From the NCBI GenBank assembly GCA_020353195.1, contig CP070691.1, positions 3,655,665 through 3,712,960 on the forward strand: 57,296 nucleotides of DNA. Direction: 5' to 3'. Position 1 is the first letter of the stretch. Each line of letters opens with the position of its first letter. The DNA is from Phycisphaerales bacterium (lineage in GTDB: Bacteria; Planctomycetota; Phycisphaerae; UBA1845). Positions 26,430 to 36,733 of this stretch are shown here, in pieces. The position numbers were made by a program, and so were the translations under genes. Below the pieces are notes generated by a model. That model was not told the DNA's origin, searched no databases, and saw nothing but the letters and a program-made list of their open reading frames with translations.

Positions 26430-29003
26430 TTACGCCATGCTCAGAAAAGCCACCGCACCGAGCGCTGCGAGGATGGTCAGCACGGCCAGCCAGATCGCGA
26501 TATCCCAGCGCCCGCGCCGGCCGGCAACTACGAGGCCAATCACGACCACGGGCGCCGCGAGTACCGCGACCACGGGCACTGCCCTGACGCCAGGGGGGTG
26601 GTGTGCCGCGACCGGGCCGGGTCGGCTACGCACGGTCGCCCGGAGTTTACCGGATCCCGTCGTCGAATCATCGATCACGTTCTTCTCGAGCACCCATGTC
26701 TCCTCGGCGCGCTGGACTTCGATGCGGTCCACGTATGTTGCGTGGCGCGCGAACAGCAAAGCCAGCAGGACCAGCACGATGGGAACCAGAAGCCACAACA
26801 ACCTGGCCCGCCGCCACGTCGAGCCGACGAACAGCGACACCATCAGCAGTGCGCCCGACATCACCATCGCGGCGATGACCCCCCACTTCTCCTCCGGCGT
26901 GCTCGCCCCGTAGATGCTCAGGAATGTGAGCGACGCCCCGATGCCGATCAGCGCACAGGCGATCAGAAACGGTCTGGCCGTCTCGCGCCAGAACCCTCGG
27001 CGCCGCCGCTGCGTCGTCTTCGACAGAACCGGAATCAGGAGCGAGACACTCGCGATGGAAGCCACGATGGCCGCGGTCTGGTCGTCATCGATCCTTACAA
27101 CGCCCAGCACGGGCATCAGGAACGTCCCCACCGCCGCGCCGAACAGGCAGAATGCGACCACGCTCCAGAACGCCCGCGTCACGCCCCAGCGCAGCGGGGG
27201 AAGCGGCTCCGTCGACGCCGGCTTCGCGTGACGGCTGCCCGGTTCCACCGGAATACCGAACGGAACCGTCCCCGGTTCGGCTTGGGCGGGCGGCGCAGCG
27301 GTGTCGGCCTGCACCGGCGAGGCCAGCGGCGGCGAATCGGCGTGAGGGCGGCGCCGCCAGGTGTGCTTTACCGATGCATCCTGGCTGGCTGGCGGGCCAG
27401 GCGTCAAGGCGTACAGCGGTGGCCAGAACCACGACCCCGCCTGCACGGCCAGCGAGACCGCTGCCGCGACACCACCGGCTACCCACGCCATATCAGCGTC
27501 GGCCCAATCGGCGAACATGGCCACGATGAACGCAACCACGCCCGCCGTGAAGGCGTGGCCGACACCCAGTTCCCCAGATGCGCCCGACCGGATCCGTTGA
27601 CGCCAATCGATAAACAGCACCACCGCAGCCAGCCCCATGACAAGTGGCCCCGGTTCCATATGGGTGTCGTCCGCGATGGCTCCGCCGATCGCCATCGGCA
27701 CGGCGCAGCATAAGGCCAGGATCAGGCGCTGGACCCATTCCGGCTCGGCCTGGCCCCCGATCCAGCGGATCATCCGGTGCCCCAGCGCCAACCCCAATGA
27801 CAACCCGAAGGTCAGGAATCCGGGAGCCAACCCATCGTCGTCCCGGCCAAGGCAGCCGAAGAGGATGCCCACCCCGATCGAAATGGCCGCCATGACGACC
27901 CATGCAAGGATGAACCCTCTCGTCGTCGCCGGCGGGGCGGCGACTGGCATCGAAGGCCCTCCGCCCTGGGGCGCCGCTTTCTTGCCCGCCCTGCGGTCGA
28001 GGGCCTGCATCCTGCGGGCGATTTTGTGTTCGATGCGACGAGCCCGCCGTCCCAGGCGCGGCGGCAACTCGGCGCCCCAGGCTCCCGCGGCTTCAGGCGG
28101 CGGCGGAGGCGGCGGATTCGGCGACGGGACGGGAGAATCGGGCAAGTCACGCGCCACCCGGGCGGCCGCCTGCGACAGGCTTGTCGGGTTGAAGCCGGCC
28201 AGCGAGTTCCGCACGTCGTCGACGTCGAAGATGTCGTTCACCATCTCGTCGACGGTCTGGTATCGGTCGTTCGGGTCCTTGGCGAGCGCCTTGCGAATCA
28301 CCGCCGCGAACGGCGCGGGCAAATCGTCGAGCTCCGGCTGGGCCGTCAGATGCTTCATCAGCACCTCGCCCATGCTGCCCCCTTCGAACGGCACCTTGCC
28401 CAGCAGCATCTCGTACAGGATGACACCCAGCGCGTAGATGTCGATGCCCCGCGAATAGTCCCCGCTGCCGACTTCCGGGGCCATGTAGTGCACCGTGCCC
28501 ACGCTGGCCGTCTGAGCGCTGTGACGCGAGACCGAAATGAACTTGCTCAACCCGTAATCGCCGATCTTCACGTACCCGTCGTCATAGAAAACGTTGCCCG
28601 GCTTGAGATCGCGATGAACGATGCCCCGATCGTGCAGATAGCTCAGCCCCTTGGCCAGCTCCCTCAGGAAGAACGCTGCCTTCTGGGCGCCGAGCCCGCC
28701 GGGTTGGGCGACCAGAAGATCGCGGAGCGACGGCCCGCTGACATATTCCATCAGTATGAAATAGTCGTCGTCGGCGTTCTTCTTGACGTCGAAGATCGTG
28801 ACCAGGTGCGGGCTCTTGAGGTTGATGCAGTGGGAGACGCCTCGCAGCTCGACCTGCGGGTTCTCGCGGAGGTACTTCAGCGCCACCTCGCGGCCGCCGT
28901 CGCTGATCGCGTAGTAGACCTCGCCGAACCCGCCCCGGCCCACACCGCGGTGCACGGTGTAGCCCTCGAGCGGTCGATCACCATGTTTGAACGTGAATGC
29001 CAC
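26430..29003 (-). CDS. Hanks-type Ser/Thr protein kinase with multi-TM C-terminal region
   Basis: GRGGFGEVY, VALK, HRDLKPGN, DYG, GTVHYMAPE; poly-Pro linker followed by about a dozen hydrophobic segments. Confidence 0.95.
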   Translation of the reverse strand: MAFTFKHGDRPLEGYTVHRGVGRGGFGEVYYAISDGGREVALKYLRENPQVELRGVSHCINLKSPHLVTIFDVKKNADDDYFILMEYVSGPSLRDLLVAQPGGLGAQKAAFFLRELAKGLSYLHDRGIVHRDLKPGNVFYDDGYVKIGDYGLSKFISVSRHSAQTASVGTVHYMAPEVGSGDYSRGIDIYALGVILYEMLLGKVPFEGGSMGEVLMKHLTAQPELDDLPAPFAAVIRKALAKDPNDRYQTVDEMVNDIFDVDDVRNSLAGFNPTSLSQAAARVARDLPDSPVPSPNPPPPPPPEAAGAWGAELPPRLGRRARRIEHKIARRMQALDRRAGKKAAPQGGGPSMPVAAPPATTRGFILAWVVMAAISIGVGILFGCLGRDDDGLAPGFLTFGLSLGLALGHRMIRWIGGQAEPEWVQRLILALCCAVPMAIGGAIADDTHMEPGPLVMGLAAVVLFIDWRQRIRSGASGELGVGHAFTAGVVAFIVAMFADWADADMAWVAGGVAAAVSLAVQAGSWFWPPLYALTPGPPASQDASVKHTWRRRPHADSPPLASPVQADTAAPPAQAEPGTVPFGIPVEPGSRHAKPASTEPLPPLRWGVTRAFWSVVAFCLFGAAVGTFLMPVLGVVRIDDDQTAAIVASIASVSLLIPVLSKTTQRRRRGFWRETARPFLIACALIGIGASLTFLSIYGASTPEEKWGVIAAMVMSGALLMVSLFVGSTWRRARLLWLLVPIVLVLLALLFARHATYVDRIEVQRAEETWVLEKNVIDDSTTGSGKLRATVRSRPGPVAAHHPPGVRAVPVVAVLAAPVVVIGLVVAGRRGRWDIAIWLAVLTILAALGAVAFLSMA

Positions 29004-29094
29004 GGTACTTGGCCCTCAGTCAGCAGAACCGGCTGTCAAGCCCTCTGACGGGTCGGCGGGGCGGTTTCATGCCGCTGTTCGCCGGCTCGATCAT

Positions 29095-30504
29095 CTACGC
29101 GCGTGGAACGGTGTAGACGACCATGGTTCCGGCCACGTGGTCGTGCAACCCCTGCTTCCTGTCGTCGAACCAGATGATCATGTATCCGATGAACATCGTC
29201 AGCACGTTAAGGAACTTCGCAAACGCGCGACCGAACGCGCGTCCCACGCCGCATGGCCGCCCGTCACTGCAGATGACCTTGATGTCACACGCCCTCTTGC
29301 CCAGCGTCTGGCCGTTCCACAAGCCGACCAGGAGTCCCTGGTACAGTATGATCAACCCCCCCGTTGCCTGCTCCCCGAACAGTGCCCCGATCAGGCCCAC
29401 GATCACGATGTCGATGAACGCCGAGACGACGCGAATCCAGAACCCGGCGTAGCGCAGGTTCCCCGCGGCCGCCTCCGGCGTCAGTTCGTCCGGGCGGGCA
29501 AACCCCGCAGCCGGATAGGGCGGCGGTCCCACGGGTCCGAGCCTGCCGACCCCGGCACCGGCCACGCCCGCGTCGGCCGCCAGGGCGAATGCCGGCACAG
29601 GCGGCGGTGGCGGCGGATACGGCGACGGGACGGGAGAATCCGGCAAGTCACGCGCCACCCGGGCGGCCGCCTGCGACAGGCTCGTCGGGTTGAAGCCGAC
29701 CAGCGAGTTCCGCACGTCATCGACGTCGAAGACGTCGTTCATCATCTCGTCGATGGTCTGGTATCGTGCATTCGGATCCTTGGCGAGCGCCTTGCGGATC
29801 ACCGCTCCGAACGGCGCGGGCAGGTGGTCCACCTCCGGCTGGGCCGTCAGGTGCTTCATCAGAACCTCGCCCGCGCTGCCCCCCTCGAACGGCACCTTGC
29901 CCAGCAGCATCTCGTACAGGATGACACCCAGCGCGTAGATGTCGATGCCCCGCGAGTAGTTCCCGCTGCCGACTTCCGGGGCCATGTAATGCACCGTGCC
30001 GACGCTGGCCGTCTGCACGCTGTGGCGCGACGCGGAGATGAACTTGCTCAGCCCGTAGTCGCCGATCTTCACGTACCCGTCGTCATAGAAGATGTTGCCC
30101 GGCTTGAGATCGCGATGAACGATGCCCCGATCGTGCAGGTAGCTCAGCCCCTTGGCCAGCTCCCGCAGGAAGAACGCCGCCTTCTGGACGCCGAGCCCGC
30201 CGGGTTCGGCGACCAGCAGGTCGCGGAGCGACGGCCCGCTGACGTATTCCATCACGATGAAGAAGTCGTCATCGGCGTTCTTCCTGACGTCGAAGATCGT
30301 GACCAGGTGCGGGCTCTTGAGGTTGATGCAGTGCGAGACGCCCCGCAGCTCGACCTCGGGGTTCTCGCGCAGGTACTTCAGCGCCACCTCGCGCCCCCCG
30401 TCGCTGATCGCGTAGTAGACCTCGCCGAACCCGCCCCGGCCCACGCCGCGGTGCACCGTGTAGTCCTCAAGCGGTCGATCGCCATGTTTGAACGTGAATG
30501 CCAC
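29095..30504 (-). CDS. Hanks-type Ser/Thr protein kinase with C-terminal RDD domain
   Basis: Same kinase motifs, then YAGFWIRVVSAFID...GQTLGKR...QGLHDHVAGT (RDD). GTG 30504 is equivalent to the paralog start. Confidence 0.95.
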   Translation of the reverse strand: MAFTFKHGDRPLEDYTVHRGVGRGGFGEVYYAISDGGREVALKYLRENPEVELRGVSHCINLKSPHLVTIFDVRKNADDDFFIVMEYVSGPSLRDLLVAEPGGLGVQKAAFFLRELAKGLSYLHDRGIVHRDLKPGNIFYDDGYVKIGDYGLSKFISASRHSVQTASVGTVHYMAPEVGSGNYSRGIDIYALGVILYEMLLGKVPFEGGSAGEVLMKHLTAQPEVDHLPAPFGAVIRKALAKDPNARYQTIDEMMNDVFDVDDVRNSLVGFNPTSLSQAAARVARDLPDSPVPSPYPPPPPPVPAFALAADAGVAGAGVGRLGPVGPPPYPAAGFARPDELTPEAAAGNLRYAGFWIRVVSAFIDIVIVGLIGALFGEQATGGLIILYQGLLVGLWNGQTLGKRACDIKVICSDGRPCGVGRAFGRAFAKFLNVLTMFIGYMIIWFDDRKQGLHDHVAGTMVVYTVPRA

Positions 30505-30610
30505 CGCACGCAATCCTCAGCCCACAGTCCTGATTTCCCTGGCGATTCAGCGGTCGTGCCTGCGCGGCGGAGTCTGTCCTTGACGGTTCACCGGCCGGGG
30601 CCCCGAACCG

Positions 30611-32203
30611 TCAGGCATGCCGCTGCGCCTCTTTGATCACGAAGCTGACGCCGTCTACCTCAATCGTCTCACCGAGGGGCACGGGATGGGCCTCGCTCGG
30701 CGACCCGCCGCAGGCGTCCGCCCGCACCCACAGTCGCCCCGCCCGTTCGTAGAGAACCAGCGGGCGGCTGGCGGTGCTGCACTGCGCGTGAGCCGCCGGT
30801 CCCAACCCGATCATCGCATGCCCGCACCACAGAATCACCCGCCGCACGTCGTTGGGCATTTTCGTCCCGTCGCTCATGTCCAACGTCGCGCTGGCGCTCT
30901 TGCGGCTGGGCAGGCGAAACGTGAACTTCGCCTTGCGCCCCAGCACCACACGGTCCCCGTCCTGCAGCAGGGCCTGGGTCACCGGTTGGCCGTTGACCTG
31001 CACGTCACGCGGGCTGAACAGGAAGTAGTCCTCTCCCGTCCGCGCCACGTCGGCATGCCGTTCCGCCAGATCCGAGAAGATCGGAACGTCGGCCGGATGG
31101 TCCGACGCCGCCCGTCCGATCGAGACCCGCTCGCCCCGGTGCAGGAGATAACTCCCGCCGCCGTCGACGATCAGCAGCAGACGCTCCGGCAACGGGATCG
31201 GGCTCAACTCGTGCTTCGGCAGCGCCACCGTTTCCTGCACGCGGGCCTTGCCGCCACGTTGCGCTTCGAGCCCTCTGGGTTGCGACGGGCCCCGAGCCTC
31301 GTCCATCCGTTCGCCCAGCGGCCCCGACCGCAGTGCCATCAACGCGTCATCGACGGCCTTGATGTCATCGGCCGCCCGCTGGATCCAGTCAATCTCAGGG
31401 TGCAGGTTGAGCAGACGCAGCACCGCCTGTCGCGCGTCGTCGATCCGCCAGTCCCGCAGAGCGTCGCCGGCGCTGCGGACCCGGTCCAGGGCATCTTCGA
31501 GCTCCCGGCGCAACGGCGTCTGCCGGCCCAAGTCCGCCAGCGCGTCGATCTCCTGTGCCGCCTGCCGCGGTCGTCCGCTTTCCAGCGCCGCCTTCGCGCG
31601 GTCGAGTAACAGCGTGCAGATTTTCATCTCCAGTCCGGCCGATGCCGCAGAATGCGGGTGCAGGGCTTTCGCCTGGCGAAACCGCTCCGCCGCATACGCC
31701 ACTTGGCCTCGCCCCAGCATGCCCTCGACCTCGGCGAACATCTGCTCCGCCCGTTGCCGGCGTTCGTGCGCGTGCCGCTGCAGGTGTCGCGCCTCCGGAT
31801 CGTTCGACGCCGCCTGCTCGAGCATCCGCCGACCCGCTTCCAGCGAACCCCTCTCGATCCGGTCTCGGGCGGCCTCGAGCCGCCCCTGTCGCGACAGCTC
31901 CTGCCGGCGCACCTCGTCGGCGACCACCCGGATCTGCGACCGCAATTCGGCTACCTTCTCGTCCGCCGCCCCCGACCGACCGGCTTTGTCCACGTCCAGC
32001 AGCGCCTCGGTGAACCGTTCCGCCGCAAAATGCTCGCGCGCCCGCTGGATGAGCCGTTCACCCACGGCGGCCAGCAGGGCCTGACCTCGCCGATGTTCGC
32101 GAATGTCCGGCGCCGTGCCCAGGCGGAATGCCTCGTCCAGCCGCCCGTCGCGAAGCGCCGCCTCGGCGGCTTTGATTCGAGCGTGTAGCAAACGGTTGAA
32201 CAT
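30611..32203 (-). CDS. TPR-like helical protein with C-terminal FHA domain(s)
   Basis: Helical repeats followed by VSIGRA...DVPIFSDLAERHA...VQVNG...LQDGDRVVLG. AGGAG precedes ATG 32203. Confidence 0.85.
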   Translation of the reverse strand: MFNRLLHARIKAAEAALRDGRLDEAFRLGTAPDIREHRRGQALLAAVGERLIQRAREHFAAERFTEALLDVDKAGRSGAADEKVAELRSQIRVVADEVRRQELSRQGRLEAARDRIERGSLEAGRRMLEQAASNDPEARHLQRHAHERRQRAEQMFAEVEGMLGRGQVAYAAERFRQAKALHPHSAASAGLEMKICTLLLDRAKAALESGRPRQAAQEIDALADLGRQTPLRRELEDALDRVRSAGDALRDWRIDDARQAVLRLLNLHPEIDWIQRAADDIKAVDDALMALRSGPLGERMDEARGPSQPRGLEAQRGGKARVQETVALPKHELSPIPLPERLLLIVDGGGSYLLHRGERVSIGRAASDHPADVPIFSDLAERHADVARTGEDYFLFSPRDVQVNGQPVTQALLQDGDRVVLGRKAKFTFRLPSRKSASATLDMSDGTKMPNDVRRVILWCGHAMIGLGPAAHAQCSTASRPLVLYERAGRLWVRADACGGSPSEAHPVPLGETIEVDGVSFVIKEAQRHA

Positions 32204-32433
32204 GGTTTGCTCCTGCGTCGTCAGCCCGGTACGCGGGCGCATGCTACGTGACGCCCGGGCTCGTCTCCAACCCGGTTGCCCACTGGTGAATTCGAGCCGG
32301 AGCCTCGATTATTTCGCCCGCACGCCGGCCGCGACTGCCCCGTGCCGTACCGCGGTTCGTTATCCGCCCCCGAGGTGAGCGCCGACCCGGGCCGACGGGC
32401 TGTAATCGGCTATCCAGTAAAAGGTTATGCGGC

Positions 32434-35361
32434 CTATCGGGCCTGCATCGCGTCCACGATGTTGTTGCGGGCCGCGTGACGGGCCGGTCCGATGCCGGCC
32501 AGAATACACACCCCCACCGTCAAGGCGACCCCCGACCCCACGTGACCCCAGGGAATCACTAGCGGAAACTCCATCCCCACGATCCGCTCGGTAATCAGCG
32601 CCGCGCTGCGGGACGTGTGAACACCGAGCAGGATCCCGGCGATGCAGCCCAGAATCCCCAGCGTGATCGTCTCGGCGAACACCAGCCGCACAATCTGTGA
32701 CTTCGTCGCCCCCACCGCCCGAAGCACGGCGATCTGCCGGGTCCGACTGGTGACACTCACCATCATCAGGTTCGCTACGCCCAGCGCCGCCACCGCCAGC
32801 GCCACCGCCGGCATGGCCGACATCAACAGCGTCACCTCGCGAATGTCGTGGTCGATCTGCTGCTTGAGCCGGCGAAGCGAACCGACCCATGCGTCGGATC
32901 GGCCCATGGCGAACGCGACCTTCCGCAGCACGAGTTGCTCGCGGAAGATCTCCCAGCGATTCGCCGGGCTGAGGTTCTTCCAGTCCTTGCTGAGCGCTTC
33001 CAGCACCATGAAGTAACGCCGCAGTGTCTGCGCAGTCAGTCTGTCGATGGGCGCGGATCGGTCCGCCCGCCGGGCCTCGAGTTGTGGAATCACCTTCGCG
33101 AGAATCGTCCGCTCGTTCGGCAGGCAGTCCTGCCAGTTGATGATCGCCTCGTACAACGACCGGGAGTCCAGCGCGGGGGGCTCGTCGGCGTCGAATGCGG
33201 CGGGGCGCGGGGCGAGCGGCAGTTCCACGTTCAGCATGTACATCCCGATGCGGTCGACGCCGAAAAGCTTCTCTACGTCGTCGACCGTGCCCAGGACGGA
33301 TGCCGCAGCCGCCCGCATCATGTAGCTGTCGGCATTGAAATACGTGACCGCGATATCCAGCGCCGGGGATTGCACGACCCCGGCGACTTCAAACGTCGCG
33401 AGTCTCCGCCCGACGGCAACGTGGACCTTGTCGCCGACCGTCAGTTTCAGCGAATGCGCCGCCTCGGGAGGGAGAATGATGTGTCCGCCGCGTCTGAGCT
33501 TCGCCCTCGCATCATCGAAATCCCCTTCGACGAAGCTGAGCTTGGTCATCGCCAGGAATCGGTCCAGCTCGCCGGCCACGAACATGACGTCACGCCAGCC
33601 CTGGGGGTCGTTGACGGACTCGACCGCCGGTGATTCCGGATCAGCCTTCGCGAGTCTGCAGGGAAAATCGGTGACCACCGTACAGTCCCCGACGCCGTCC
33701 AGACTCTCGACCTTCGCCCGCGTGCCGGAGGACACCCGGTTCCAGCTCCACACGAACGTCTCCGGCAGCTTCTTGGGGAAGTCCCACGCGGCGATCACGC
33801 CTTCGCCGCGGGCCGCGATGTACACGATGAGCGACAACCCCACCATCAGCATCCAGCATACGCCGGCGCTGCGCCACGGGGCCCGGCTCACCTGGTCCCG
33901 CGCCAACCGGTGGCGCAATCGCAGCACCGGCGCCACCAGCGAAACGACCGCGCCGCCGGCCAACACCGCGAACACCGGCGCGGTCAGTACATACCCGCCG
34001 TAGATCGACGCCACGCTCGCAAACGCCACGACCGGGCGAAACCAGGACTCCGCCGGTGTCTGCGCGACCATCCGGTTGTGCAGCAGGATCAACACGACAC
34101 CGGCCGCACCGGCCGCCACCGTCCACCGCAGGCGTGTGGGCCGGGCTTCGGGGTTCGCCGCCGCCAGCGGCGAGACCCGCCCGACCTGAAACACCAGCAA
34201 CACCGCACTGAGCACCGTCGTGATCCCACCGCCCGCCACCGCCAACCCCATCCCCCATCGGCTGATGGCCACTCCCTGTACGTATTCCGGAACGAATGCC
34301 GCCCCGATGCGGGTCATCCCCACGCCGATGGGCAACCCCAACGCGATCCCCATGACTCCCAGCGGGAGCACCTCGAGCATGACCAGCGCGCACAACTGCG
34401 AGCGCGTCACGCCCACGCACCGCATCAGCCCGAGCTGGCCGATTCGCTCGACGATCCCCATGCCCATCGTCGTCACGATGATGAAGAACGCCGTGAGCAT
34501 TGCCACAAACGCCACGAGGACGAGCACCATCTGCGTGACCCGCTCGGCCTCCTGCAGTTGTTCCAGACGGGCGGCTGCTGAGGTCACCTGCACGTTTGCA
34601 CCCAGCGCGGCCAGTCGATCGCCCACCTGCCTGGCGGTCTCCTTCACACGCTCGACGCTGTGGTCGTGCAGGATCGCGTCGATGACCGTCAGCTGTCCCG
34701 GCTCGTCCTTCATCCTCTGCAGGTCCGCCAGCGGCAGGATGACATTGGGCCGCTGGAACTTGGCGACCCGCCGGGCGCTGAACAGACCCACCACCTCGAG
34801 CGGCTCCTTGCTCCCCCCCTGAGTCTGTGCCATACAGATGGAATCACCGATGGCCAGATCGTATCGCCGCGCGGTTGCCGCCTCGATCATCGCCACGCCG
34901 TGCTCACCGCTCTTGATGCGTCGCCCGACGAGCCCCTCGAAATCGCGGAACAGATACTCGGTGGCCGGGTCAATCCCGATCGCGTCGACCTCTTCGTCTG
35001 ACGTGGGCCCGACTGCACGGCGCCCCGGGTCCACCTGCCCGCCCGGTTCGTCGCAGCGCGCCAGGAACATCCGCCGCTTGAGCCGGACGCTGACCTGGGC
35101 CACGTTGTCAACGGCGGCTACCTGATCTGCCAGCGATTGCTTGAGCCGTCCCCAGTGGCCAAGGGGCGGTTCGATGCTCAGGTGGCTCTTGCCCAGCCAA
35201 CGGCTGACGATCTGGTCACCGATGCTGCGGCGGACCGATTCGTAGAAGCAGGTGATGGATACGACCGTGCCCACCCCCAGCGCGATGGCGACCGTCGCCG
35301 ACACCGTCCGCCCGGGTTTAACCCGCCAGCTCCGAGTAGCGAGCCGTAACCAGCGACGCAT
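32434..35361 (-). CDS. FtsX/MacB-family ABC permease (duplicated halves)
   Basis: Two MacB_PCD/FtsX units (ERIGQLGLMRCVG; RTRQIAVLRAVGAT), C-terminal PARHAAR. Confidence 0.92.
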   Translation of the reverse strand: MRRWLRLATRSWRVKPGRTVSATVAIALGVGTVVSITCFYESVRRSIGDQIVSRWLGKSHLSIEPPLGHWGRLKQSLADQVAAVDNVAQVSVRLKRRMFLARCDEPGGQVDPGRRAVGPTSDEEVDAIGIDPATEYLFRDFEGLVGRRIKSGEHGVAMIEAATARRYDLAIGDSICMAQTQGGSKEPLEVVGLFSARRVAKFQRPNVILPLADLQRMKDEPGQLTVIDAILHDHSVERVKETARQVGDRLAALGANVQVTSAAARLEQLQEAERVTQMVLVLVAFVAMLTAFFIIVTTMGMGIVERIGQLGLMRCVGVTRSQLCALVMLEVLPLGVMGIALGLPIGVGMTRIGAAFVPEYVQGVAISRWGMGLAVAGGGITTVLSAVLLVFQVGRVSPLAAANPEARPTRLRWTVAAGAAGVVLILLHNRMVAQTPAESWFRPVVAFASVASIYGGYVLTAPVFAVLAGGAVVSLVAPVLRLRHRLARDQVSRAPWRSAGVCWMLMVGLSLIVYIAARGEGVIAAWDFPKKLPETFVWSWNRVSSGTRAKVESLDGVGDCTVVTDFPCRLAKADPESPAVESVNDPQGWRDVMFVAGELDRFLAMTKLSFVEGDFDDARAKLRRGGHIILPPEAAHSLKLTVGDKVHVAVGRRLATFEVAGVVQSPALDIAVTYFNADSYMMRAAAASVLGTVDDVEKLFGVDRIGMYMLNVELPLAPRPAAFDADEPPALDSRSLYEAIINWQDCLPNERTILAKVIPQLEARRADRSAPIDRLTAQTLRRYFMVLEALSKDWKNLSPANRWEIFREQLVLRKVAFAMGRSDAWVGSLRRLKQQIDHDIREVTLLMSAMPAVALAVAALGVANLMMVSVTSRTRQIAVLRAVGATKSQIVRLVFAETITLGILGCIAGILLGVHTSRSAALITERIVGMEFPLVIPWGHVGSGVALTVGVCILAGIGPARHAARNNIVDAMQAR

Positions 35362-36058
35362 CGCCTTCTCCGTGCGGGCTGATCTCACCGACAATCTGCC
35401 CGTCCTTGAGAACCAGGATTCGATCGGCGTAGGCGGCTCCGGCGGCTTCGTGTGTCACCGCCACGATGGTCCGCTGCTGGTCGGACGCCAAACGCCGCAA
35501 CAACCGCCAGATCTCCTCGGTGTGACGCGAGTCGAGATTGCCCGTAGGCTCGTCGGCCAGAAGGATGGCCGGATCGTTCACCAGCGCCCGCGCCAGAGCC
35601 GCCCGCTGCTGCTCGCCGCCCGACAGCGCTTGCGGACGATGGTCCGCCCGGTGGGCCAGATCGACCATCGCCAGCAACTCCCGGGTCTTCGACTCGATCA
35701 CGTTGATGTCGGCGCCGTCCACGATCAACGGCAACCCGATGTTCTCACGCGCAGACAGACTCGGGAGAAGATTGAACGCCTGAAACACCACCCCCAGGCG
35801 GCGGCGCCGAAACAGCGTCCGATCGCGATCGCCCAGGCGCGACAAATCGCGCCCCTCGATCACGATCCGACCCGACGTGGGCAGGTCCAGCCCCCCGAGC
35901 AGGTGAAGGAGCGTGCTCTTGCCCGAGCCGCTCGCCCCCATGACCGCGATGAACTCCCCGCGCGCCACCTCCAGCCGGACCCCGCACAGCGCGTGCACCA
36001 CTCCACCGGCACCGGGGAAATCCTTCCGCAGATCAAAGACCTCGAGAATCGCCGCCAT
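35318..36058 (-). CDS. LolD/MacB-type ABC ATP-binding protein
   Basis: GASGSGKSTLL, LSGGEQQR, LADEPTGNLD, VTHE. Confidence 0.95.
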   Translation of the reverse strand: MAAILEVFDLRKDFPGAGGVVHALCGVRLEVARGEFIAVMGASGSGKSTLLHLLGGLDLPTSGRIVIEGRDLSRLGDRDRTLFRRRRLGVVFQAFNLLPSLSARENIGLPLIVDGADINVIESKTRELLAMVDLAHRADHRPQALSGGEQQRAALARALVNDPAILLADEPTGNLDSRHTEEIWRLLRRLASDQQRTIVAVTHEAAGAAYADRILVLKDGQIVGEISPHGEGDASLVTARYSELAG

Positions 36059-36279
36059 CGCCGGCATTCTACGCCGCTGATCGCGCGGACGCTACCGGTC
36101 GAGTGCAACGCAACGCCGATCTCCGGACGCATCGCGGTCGCAGAAAGAAAACGCGCTCCCGAACGGGAGCGCGTGTGATGAGTCGTTTACGAGTGAATCC
36201 TCGGCCCGGTCTATTCACCGGCCTTTACGCACTGTCGCCGATCCGGGCCACCGTGATCCGCCGCGGCTCACTGCGTGCT

Positions 36280-36645
36280 TTACAGGATGCCCGGCTGACC
36301 GCGGGGCCTGCGCCTCTTCGGCTTCGGCGGGGCCTTGGGCCCGGGGGACGGCGAACCGCCGCCCGGTCGTACGGCCGGCGGCCTTCGTTCCGACCGGCCT
36401 TCCCTGGCCCGGGGTGGTCTTCGTTCACCGGACGCCCGGCGCGATGTATCACCTTTCAGGTCGGCCATCTCGCCGGGCACCGGCGCCGCCCGCATCGGGC
36501 CCGCCTGCGGCACGGGCTTATCGACCTCCTCTCCCGCAATGAGAAGGTACGCGCCACCGGCAACCACGACCGCCGCCACGACCACGATTCCGACGACCAG
36601 ACCGGTTCGGTTGGCGCCCGATTGCGCTACTTTTTTTGTCGCCAC
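36280..36645 (-). CDS. Small single-pass membrane protein with Pro/Arg-rich tail
   Basis: AAGGA upstream of GTG; one TM (LVVGIVVVAAVVVAGGAYLLI). Confidence 0.6.
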   Translation of the reverse strand: MATKKVAQSGANRTGLVVGIVVVAAVVVAGGAYLLIAGEEVDKPVPQAGPMRAAPVPGEMADLKGDTSRRASGERRPPRAREGRSERRPPAVRPGGGSPSPGPKAPPKPKRRRPRGQPGIL

Positions 36646-36733
36646 GTGCTCGTTCCTTTACGACTAATGCTGAACCCGCGCCCGTCTTCAGCTTCGAGTC
36701 AGACAGTGCTGTGACGGACACCCCGCTCTGCCG

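Noticed and set aside
32245-32282. ECF-type promoter (GCAAC...CGTC) before the FHA gene
   Set aside because: The AAC-to-CGT spacing is 21 nt, too long for the usual 16-17.
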